A stretch of DNA of 64,000 bases from Rhina ancylostomus. Its lineage: Eukaryota. Positions 54,440 through 64,000 of the stretch are shown here, one piece after another (positions within the stretch are counted from its first letter, which is position 1; each line of letters begins with the position of its first letter). The DNA is taken from positions 24,213,876 to 24,277,875 of the forward strand of contig JARFYF010000053.1 in assembly GCA_030265395.1 (NCBI GenBank), written 5' to 3'. A program made the translations under genes and the position numbers. The notes under the pieces are model-generated. The model was given only the letters and a program-made list of their open reading frames with translations, did no database searches and was not told the origin of the DNA.

Positions 54440-54955
54440 ACAATTCAGGTTTGTGATTGGTTCGTGTAAAACTGGGTGTCCTCGCATGATTGGCAGAGGT
54501 AGCTGTCAAACAGTGTCTTGCCTCTGACTGGGCGCTCCCCGTGGTTCCGCCTCCTACCGACTTGGAATCGGCTGTCAATCAGGTTAATTTCCAATCCACG
54601 GGCGAAATAGTTGGAAAAGTTTTAGAGAAGTTTGTAACAATGAGAAGTCGGAAGGGGAAAAGCGGCCAGCGGGGCGAAGATAACTCTGTCCGGGCTGATG
54701 GTAAGGATGTGTCCGACTCTGCCCCCGCCTCGGCCGGACTGGCCATTCTGTGGGCTCTCCTGCTGTTCTTGGTGGTCGCTTGTGGGGTTGGCGGCTGGTA
54801 CATTCAGCAGCAGCTCGGCACCATCGGCAGCCTGGATCAGACCATTCAAATCCTGCAGAAGAAGCTCTCTCAGCTCGAAACGATCCATTCTCAAGTGAAT
54901 GAGCTGAACGAGAAGGTACGTCCCGACCTGGGGCCTCGGGGGGGGGGGGGGGGGG
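54440..54955 (+). promoter_or_regulatory. CpG-rich promoter and first-exon region with CCAAT boxes and a GC-box-like motif
   Basis: Local CpG enrichment in an otherwise CpG-depleted window; ATTGG at 54456 and 54489, CCAAT at 54591, CCGCCT at 54547. Confidence 0.7.
54640..54915 (+). CDS. IKBIP/CKAP4-like type II membrane coiled-coil protein, exon 1 (basic N-tail, transmembrane helix, start of coiled coil)
   Basis: acaATGa start; MRSRKGK...LAILWALLLFLVVACGVGGWYIQQQ...VNELNEK|gtacgt. TM-W-xx-QQ followed by an exon ending in EK resembles IKBIP exon 1 as recalled. Confidence 0.8.
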
Positions 54956-55168
54956 NNNNNNNNNNNNNNNNNNNNNNNNNNNNNNNNNNNNNNNNNNNNN
55001 NNNNNNNNNNNNNNNNNNNNNNNNNNNNNNNNNNNNNNNNNNNNNNNNNNNNNNNNNNGATTTCTAGACAAACCTGCCCAATATCTGACCAATAAACTGA
55101 CTTCAGATATGATGTGAAAGTCACTGCCATTGACTTCAAAGCAGGAGTTGATTTACTATAGGATTAAT

Positions 55169-55318
55169 AAACGTTGGAAACACTCAGCAAGTCAGGCAGT
55201 ATCTACAGAAATTGAAACAGCGTTAACGTTTCAGGTGGGAAAACTTTCGACCTGAAACATTAACTGTTTCTCTTTCCACAGATGCCGCCTGACTTGCTGA
55301 ATGTTTCCAGCATAGTTT
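55169..55318. mobile_element. Penelope-derived fold-back element with the ribozyme core deleted at the apex
   Basis: gaaacagcgttaacgtttcaggt-[13 nt]-acctgaaacattaactgtttc inside longer inverted arms. Confidence 0.75.
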
Positions 55319-55531
55319 GTTTTTATCTCCGATTTTGAGCATAGAATCATTAAATACCGAAACAGCACTTCGAGGTCAAAGCTATTTTAGTCTCCTCGTA
55401 TTCCCATTAATTTCTTCTCCATCCACTCCTTGATTCTACCCCGCACCGACTGCAGTTTTTTTTATTGACTGAGCATGGCATTGGGGAAAATCGAACTTAA
55501 TGGAAATCAAAGGGAAAGTTTAGATCAAGTC

Positions 55532-55622
55532 AAAAAACAAACTGCTGGAGGAAGTCAGTGGGCCAGGCAGCATCTGTGGAGTGAAATGGACAGTCGGCGT
55601 TTCAGGTTGAGACCCTTCATCC
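55532..55622 (-). mobile_element. Penelope terminal fragment with a truncated hammerhead motif
   Basis: Reverse complement reads GAUGA-AGGGUCUCAACCU-GAAAC-GCC-GACUG...acagatgctgcctggccc. Confidence 0.7.
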
Positions 55623-58600
55623 GCGTTTCCATTAGATCAAGTCAATCATAGCATGAAGGATTTGTTTGCTTCAGACTTATCTCCAAGCTGCAGGAGTTCC
55701 TTAATGCAGTGTCCTAGGTCCAGTCACGTGAAGTTGCTTTGTCATTGACCTTCCCTCTGTATGTAAGAAGGTGGGAATTTATGATGATACCATAGGGTTC
55801 AATTTTGACCCTCAGTGTTATGAAGCAGACTTGCCCTCGTACAGGAAGACACGGATGTTATTCAGACCTACAGACTCTCGCAATGGTTATAGTTCAGAAG
55901 AATACCATTCAGCTCATCAGGTCTGTACTTGCACTACATGTGTTGAACATAAAATGTTTCCTTGTGTCATTTTGATCAACATAATCTATGACCCCCTAGT
56001 ACTTGATCTCTCAGCCAATGGGGACAGTGTTTCTCTATCTATTCCTCATGATTTTTAAATACATTCATCAGTTCTCCTTGTAATTTATTCTGTTTCAAGG
56101 AGATCAGCCCCCATTTCTCCAATCCATCCACATAGCCAAGGTCCAACATCCTCTGGAATCTTGTTGGTAAATCCCTTCTAGGCCTTCCTCAAAGCACACT
56201 TAAATTGATAATTGATTTATTATTGTCACATGTACTGAGATACAGTGAAAAACATTGTCTTGCATGCCATCCATACAGATCATTTCAAAACATAAGTATG
56301 TCGAGGTAGTACAAAGGGAAAAATGATAATGATGCAGAATATAGTGTTACAGTTACATAGAAAGTGCGGTGTAGGTAGACGATAAGGTGCAAGGGCCATG
56401 ATGATGTAGATGTGAGATCAACAGTTCATCTTTATCACATAAGAGGTCCATTCAAGAGTCTTATACCAATGGGCCTTTTAACCAATCCAGGCTGGCTTTT
56501 CTCTATCCACCCATACTTGTCAAAATTACTGCTGATCCTATCCTTGCTTATTGCTTGTACTTCTCAGGTTTATCCCTGCGTGATTCATTTGAAAAGAGTC
56601 ATTTTGAAAAGATTCATTTGAAAAGAGTTAAAAGATTCATTTGAAAACCTGGAATTTTCCAGTCTGTGGACACCCTCCCTATAGATGTTTGGAAGATTGT
56701 GGAAGAGTTACTTCTCTTACTTTTCTCAGCAATCTGGACCAGATGATTTAACCAATTAAATGTGGCTAGCCTTTCTAGTACCACCACCCTATTAAATTTT
56801 TACCCCACCAGAATCTCAATTGCATCATCTTTGCTGAGACTTCATTGGCATTTTCATTGGTAAAGGCTGATGTAAATTACTTATTTAGTACCTAAGACAT
56901 GCACTCAGCTTTCACAAGTAAATTTTCTTCTTGGTCTCTCACTGGCCATTCCTCTCCTTTTACAACCCTTTTCCTGTACACATGCCTGTAGTTTGCTGCT
57001 TAACGGTACTATACACAAGAGAGAGGGAGAAGACAAAGGAAACTGACAACTAAGGAAGATTCGGACAACATCCTTGTGTAGCAGATGTGTCTCTGGGTCA
57101 TATCTTTCTACTTTAAAGAGTAATATATGCTATCTTGTTTTGGAGTTTTAAAAGAAAAATAACTGAAGAAAACGTTTACAGAAATAAAATGGACATTCAC
57201 AATTACTGCTATAAATGGAAGTTGTTCATCAGTCATTATAGAGTTTGATGTTGTCTTCTGGATCTCTAATCATTTGGATGTTGTTATTTAATTTGGAGAA
57301 CAATGCTAGTAATCTGTATTTCAGAAGTGTCCTTAAGCTCTGGAGTATTGCTTACATGTGTTTCATCTGTTTAAATAAGACAATGCTGAATACAGTGTCT
57401 TAGTGAACTTCCTACTTCCACATTAGACTCTAGCACCTGTAACTCTTGTTAGTGCAGCAGCACTCCAAATATTCCTTCCAATAAGCTCCACCTGGATGTA
57501 TCATTTGAAGTAGTCTTGTAGTGATACTGTGCATGATACTTCATACTGGTAAGAGCATATGCATTTTCCTCAATTGAATATTGAGGTAAAGGTAATGGTG
57601 TCTTGCACTTTCATCCTTTGAGTCTCTATGCAGTTCATCTACACTACATCTTCATTTGCCAGTCTTAACACAGCTAGAAACTTTTGATCCTACTCCTTGT
57701 CTTTCTGATATTGTTTCAGAGTTTTTCTCACATTTTCAATTTTGTCATTGGACTGCGGTGAGTAAAGTGATTGTGTCACATGCTTAAATTCCATAAATAT
57801 GCATGTTAATATTTTCACAAACACCACAGATTTTTCAGATGTAAACATCAGAATGTTTGACGACACAAATCTGGCATGAATCTATCGTAAGTTTTGAAAT
57901 GTATACAGAAAATACAAAACTCAGCATGTCAGGCAGCATCTGTGTGGAGAAAAGCAGTAAACATTTCAAATCGATGGCTTTTCTTCAGAATGGGACCAAC
58001 ATATTCCAAGTTGCAGAGGATGTGGATGACTGCAGAGGACAAAGGGAAATGTAAGAGCGTGAAGACCCAGAAAGACTGAAATGTAAATGATAGTACAGAT
58101 GGCTGAGAGAGGGTGGTGAAGTTGTCTTAGGATAGTGCATAACAAATGAAATAAAGCTGGTTATGGTATAAAGTTACTGAAATAATCACATGCAGGAAGC
58201 AGTTTAAGGTCACACAACTGGAAAGATCAATTTTAACCTCTGACTAAAGCCCAACAACTGTGTCATGATGCAATACTTTATTTTTACTTGGTGAATCAAA
58301 GATAAGTCAAATAAATATGACAATATTGTAATGTATATTTTAAGGTCTGCTAATATTTTGGGCCAATAGATTTAACCCTTTGAGCTATCAATGTTCATCA
58401 CTTACCTAATATAGGGATTCCTCAATTTATGAACAATGTACAAATTTTTGCCATAGTGCCATTGACTTTTTTGACTCTCTGTCTTCAACTTATTCAATTT
58501 TTCATTATAGTGAATAGTGAACCACTCTCCGCTACTGCGCCCAAAAAACCATAATGCATTTACGTAGCCAAATTATGTTCAGAAAGTTGGTTTGATGAAC

Positions 58601-59205
58601 AAGTCCCTTTTGTAAATTAAGAATGAGTTTATGGTTAATGGAAAAAGCACCTGACCTTTAAACATTAAACCCCTTCACTATGTTTCATCCCAATAAAATC
58701 ACTTGCCAATGACTTGCATTTAGGGTGTGCATGCCCTTAATCTCTCACGAGAAGATGGAGATCCTTTTTGCTGTTAATAGAATCCCACTATTCTGTTGTT
58801 CCCAGATGCATGGATAGCTTGGGACCATTGCTATAATGAAGAAGTGAAATGGAAAACATACTGTTCAGCCACAAAATTATGTTTTGCTTTTATTTCTCTG
58901 CTAGTTCGCTGCAGGTTTCTTTGAAGCTGATTTGAATTTTAATCATTTGGTGGTTGACAATGAATGAGGTTAAGGAAAACTGATATAGACTAATTTATAA
59001 ATATTTCACTATATTGATTATTTTTGAGAAATACATTGAGAATCATTGAGAAATTACAAAGTAAATGAAGCAAAAATATGTACAAAGTGGAAAAATATTC
59101 TACTTTTTATCAGTCAGTGCCTCCTTTATGGAGAACAAACAAGCTTAGTAAACTCATTTGTATTATTTCCCTCCTCTGAAAAAGATATTTCTCCTTTTAT
59201 TTCAG

Positions 59206-59831
59206 TTGTTGATCACAGAAGCTCACGAACAAAGGTTGCAGGATCTCGAGGTTACGTGGGCTGATTCTAAAAGGAAAATGGAAATGACAATGGAGGCCAT
59301 GGCACAGATCGAGTCAGCTAACCTAAATAGTAAGGTGGCTGTGCTTCAGTCAGAGATGGGTAAAAGCCTGAGTGAGCTCAGGAAGGACTTGCTCACAAAG
59401 AGCGACCTGGAGCACCTGGAGGATATGGTTGAAGTTCTTCGAGAAGTTGAGTTTGCTCGGGCAGAGCAGGAAGTTGCAAGTATGAAGGCTGCAACCTCCA
59501 AACTTGAAGAAAGTGTATATTCACTTTCTGCTTCATTTCCAGCTTTAACAGGTCGAGTTACAAGCCTAGAAGCAGAAAGGCAGGACCTTCAGTCTCTTCA
59601 GCAAAGTGCTGAGGACATCAACACAGTCAAAGAGTTAATGGACCATAGTCTGCCCTCCCTCTCCAATGGTGTGATTGCATTGTCAAAACAAGTAAACCAG
59701 ACTACCCAGGTGACTGATGTTATTCAGTCACAGTTAGCTCAGCATAGCAAAGAATTATCAGCCCTGAAAGACTTTGCATCTGATCAGCAAGTTGAGCACC
59801 TGTCCAGAAAAGAGGAACTGGAAAACATCAG
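59206..59831 (+). CDS. IKBIP/CKAP4-like protein, exon 2 (long coiled coil)
   Basis: ORF 59158..59892 with heptad character; acceptor ttttatttcag, donor ag|gtttat; phase 0-2. Confidence 0.85.
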
Positions 59832-60036
59832 GTTTATAAATGGTTTTTGCCGAGACAATTGGAAATTTGTGACTGAATACACTCAAAAGTGAAATATAAT
59901 GTTGAGAAGGAATATAGCACCGATGCTTAGTACTTTTGATGTATTTGATATTTTTGGATGCATTTGAGATCTTTGCGTTCTGCATAAAATGAGTACTGCT
60001 CAGGTAATGTCTTATTCCTTGCTGTCTCCATTCCAG

Positions 60037-60190
60037 GAAAATGGCCAATCAGTTGCAAGTGGAGAAGATCTCTATGGAAGAGCTGGAGAATGCTGTTCGA
60101 AGCATAATAACCAGTGATATCAGCGAGCTGCAAAGGAGAACTAGCAAAATGGATGAAATATTAGCCACTCTGCAGAATTATGTCACGAAG
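60037..60190 (+). CDS. IKBIP/CKAP4-like protein, exon 3 (KMANQLQVEK...LQNYVTK)
   Basis: ttccag|G AAA ATG...aag|gta; phase 2-0 fits both neighbours. Confidence 0.8.
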
Positions 60191-63100
60191 GTANNNNNNN
60201 NNNNNNNNNNNNNNNNNNNNNGTTTCTCAACTTGATCAGTTCTGATTAAAAACCTATTTCAAATTTGTCAGCATGTTTATTTTGGTACTGCTTTGGGATT
60301 GCTGATCTTCAGTTGACTATTGTCTGATCCAGGGTACATTGAGTATCTTCGGTGCAGTACAAAGTAAGCCGACTGAAACTGAGCCAACCTGGGCTTTTTG
60401 TCACCTAATTCTTAAAGATTTTGGATCAATGACTGAAAAACAAGTTGTGTGCACCTACTTAACTGGTAGTGGTCACTTCAAGAATTGTTCATAAATTGGT
60501 TGAGAAATGTAATCCCATAGTAACTAAAATGCCACAATATTTAAAAGCTGATATTTTGCCTAGTTATTTCAGACAGTGGAAGTGGCATTTGACCATTAGA
60601 TTCTGACAACCAATTTTCCAAATTAATTCAAATTTATATCTATTCTTAAAATACCAATTCTTTTCTACAGAGCATGCATGTCTGCAGTTCACCAATACTG
60701 ATTTGAATGCTGTAGATTCAGATCAGTGAGGCTTGTGTCTTGCTTTACATTTGACAGGTAGTCTCAGAAAAACCAGAAACTACCATGTGGTGACTATAAA
60801 TTTCCAAACTTGTAATTTGATAGATGGCAATGATTTGGTATTTTCTTGAATTTTAATGCTTTTAAAAAAAAGATTGAAATATGGTCCTTGATCAGTAGTT
60901 TCAAAAAACTTAGTATTGTAGCGCTGAGCATCATGTTCCTCTTTCAAAATTCAGTTCCATTAACGTCAATAGAACTAATTCTAAGTAGCAGGGCACATTA
61001 GCTAGCCACTATTACATTGCACATTTGACACAACCCAACTAGGATAAATTTATTCTTTAGAAATTATTTTCTGAAATGAAATTCTTATTCTCTTTTAACT
61101 TGAAAACCCGTGCTTTGAAGTTCAAATGTGTGAAAGTGGAAATTTGTATGTCGTATTAATTTCAGAGAGGCTTTCATTGTGAGAAATTCCTGGTTTGATT
61201 CAACAATGTGTTTTTAAAAAAACAAATCATCCTTCTGTCCTTAAGCTCACTGGAAGAGATATTCACTTCCTGATTCTTCACAAGTCAATGGACAAACTGC
61301 CACAAGGCAGTTTTGATAGTAGAGGCCATCGCATGGAATTCTTCGTGATGGAATTCACGATGGAAAGCATCGTGATGGAATTCTTCACTGTGCTTGTTTG
61401 TTGTGCTTTTTGCTTCTTAGAATTGCAAACTATTGTTTGGTTGCAGGACCTCAATTAATGTGTAGCTTGAGCAAAATGGCTGCTGGCTCTAGGTCTTCAA
61501 TAAGTTTTGGGTCTCTTCCATCAGTTTTTCCATCATTTCAATTAACTATTTGGAGGGTTTCAAACTTCTTTGAAGTAATTTTTTGGGTTCTTTGAGGCAA
61601 CATAATAGCATGGTAATCAATCTAAGAAGAATTCAGTTGATGTGCTCAACGCTTTGAGTTCAGCCAAGTTATTTCAATGAGAATTCTATCAATAAGGAAT
61701 GCATAATCAATGATCAATAATCAGCATTTAAAATTTATCTATAAGAAATGTAATTGTATGGAATTTACATAGATTGTTTAACATTTTATCAAATGTGATT
61801 CCCTAGAACTTTTATTTCCATGCCAGTGTTAAAAACAGGGATTTGCCAATTTCCCCATGAAAATCCCAGTTCCCAACACTGGCGTAGGCTTAATCTATTG
61901 GCAGCACCTGCCCCCCATCCTCCTGCTGCCAAATGGCTCTATGCTACATGGAGTGCAACTGGGCAGTGCAAACCTCTGCAGACTTTCTAGCTCTCAGACT
62001 GGGAAGCTTGCCCTCTGAGCTTAGTATGAGCATAGCAGCACCCATTAAAGTAACTGGGGAGTGTGGGTTGCTGATGAAAAGTAAGTAGATGTTGATGACG
62101 TCTGTTTTTTATTTGGTTTTTAATGTTTTTAACACTATTATAAAACAAGGAGCTTTGAACAAATTCATTCTTCCATTCACTATATTATCTTCTCAGTAAA
62201 CCTGGCACTGCAGTGTGCTTAGAATGAATTTACCTGGTTAATGTAATTTGGCATTATATGAGTTTGATAGACTGTTTGAATGGCCTCAGTGCACATTATT
62301 AAACAACACACAATATAAGAGCAAAACTGCAAAGCAAAGGTTTTCAAATAAAAACAATACAGACATTGCACTAAACTGTGGTTTCATACTGAATGTCTTT
62401 TTTGTGGATTTTTTGTTGTACAGGACGTAAGTCATATTACAGCAACTGCATTTAGATGCATATTTTGGTGATTCACTGCCAGGATTGAGATTCCTCCCAC
62501 TGACAATGAAGATGACTCTGTCCAAATGTGTTTGTGCAAGCATGTGGAACATTTTCCATTTGAGTCCAAGCCAACCACAATCTGAGTTTTTAATTTTCTT
62601 TAGCTTTCACATGAACTGTGCAAGTTATTGTCATGGTTGGCTTCACTCTGGACGTGAATAAGATGAGACAAGATAAATAGTACTTTCAGACACTTGCAGT
62701 CTTTGCTGATTTTACTAAAACCCTCTAGATTAGCATCTAATTTCACTCAAACTTCATNNNNNNNNNNTTTTCTATGACTTTAACACAATGGAACTAAGGC
62801 GTGGACCTGCATGTTAATTAGAACATTTCTTGGCAGTGACAGTGCAATATCAAACAACGACACTTCAAGCTACATAGCAACAGCATAATGTTGGAATTGT
62901 AGAAGTTAAGATAAACTATTAAAATCTAAATAGGAAATCATTAAAGAAAACTGAAATGACTGTGTATAATATAACTAACACCATCCAAACGAAACACACT
63001 CATGCTAATAATGACAAATCAGAAATCTTTTGCATCATCACTAGGTCATGCAGCCTTGAAATGTATAGCTCCACGTGTATAATATCTTGGCCCCTAAACA

Positions 63101-63235
63101 TGTTAGCACATTCAAACAAAGTAATCATGGAAGTGAGAGCAGAAGAAAATAGCACAAGTTGCGAGTAATGATTATTTGCATGCAAGTTCTTACAAACTAA
63201 ATGTATTGAAGCATTTATATTCTGTCTCTCTTAAG

Positions 63236-63356
63236 GTTGAAAGTAATGGGGCCAATCAAAATAAACAATTAGCAGATGCATTGAATCAAACCTTTCATAC
63301 TCTGCAAAAAACCTTGGGAAAAATTGAAACAAATCTCAAGAAGACTGTAGAGCAAT
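63236..63356 (+). CDS. IKBIP/CKAP4-like protein, exon 4 (VESNGANQNKQLADALNQTFHTLQKTLGKIETNLKKTVEQ); gene continues beyond the window
   Basis: tctctcttaag|...t|gtaagt; coiled-coil character. Confidence 0.75.
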
Positions 63357-64000
63357 GTAAGTATTGCCATATCACAGAGTATAATGAGTGCTACTGGCCA
63401 TAAGTAATCCATTTATCTCATTTTTGTCACCTTGGTTTTAAGTAAATATCTCTGCTAATTTTCTCCTCTTCTGCTGAAAGTACATTCAACGTGGATCCAT
63501 GGTTCCATTCTCCCTTCACTACCTTATCTACGTGCTTATTTTTATGTGTGGATCTTTGATAACCTATTCAACTCAGATGACTTTAATTTCATTCTCATCC
63601 CCACCACCTATTCAGTTTTTTCCATTATGACATAATTCAGAGGCTGTGAAGGCAATTGTAACAACCAAACATTGCACTGCCTGTGCTTAACCATTAGCAC
63701 AAGAGTTGATTTTTTTTTTGTTTGGCACATGTGGGGAGCTATTCTTCAGTCACTGGGGGAGCTTGCATTTGTGATTTCTTTTCAAATGAAACAGTCTCAT
63801 CCACACTGTTGTCTAACAAATTGAGATTCTTTTTAAATTAAGTGATATTAATTGCACAGAAAATTAGTTGAAAAGTATTTTTCCTAATAGGGAGCATAAT
63901 TATATTGTAGCTTTTGTAGCAGAAGTGAAGTGATGCTTTCAGGAGGAGAGGGGACAGCACATAAGTGGCTGAAAATAATGCGTAGCACTTATGTTTCAAA

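Noticed and set aside
54591-54600. CCAATCCACG as an ER stress response element
   Set aside because: ERSE needs CCAAT-N9-CCACG and ERSE-II needs ATTGG-N-CCACG; the spacing here fits neither
54490-54639. N-terminal extension of the 201-aa ORF (MAEVAVKQ...)
   Set aside because: Begins at TTG within CCAAT/GC-box promoter sequence; ATG 54640 gives the expected short basic tail

Overview
AT-rich, intron-containing vertebrate genomic DNA. The repeat landscape (CR1 LINEs, V-SINEs, Deu-SINEs, abundant Penelope fragments) suggests a cartilaginous fish, which is an inference. Two + strand genes are present. (1) A near-complete IGFN1 gene, rebuilt by hand as 23 phase-consistent coding exons from ATG 10102 to TGA 51214 (about 1796 aa), with Ig and FN3 domains and a 1779-nt, in-frame-skippable exon encoding an 11-residue Gly/Met-rich tandem repeat. 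(2) The 5' part of a type II membrane coiled-coil gene with IKBIP/CKAP4-like architecture, starting at ATG 54640 and running off the window end. The most striking non-genic signals are a dispersed family of short Penelope-derived fold-back elements carrying minimal hammerhead-ribozyme cores at their apex (best copies 53342-53384 and 47563-47600; one element has a 13-bp target-site duplication) and a 141-bp-arm near-perfect inverted repeat at 7597-7898. Most entries in the ORF track are noise. Repeat boundaries are approximate, and all family names come from recalled motifs rather than database searches.
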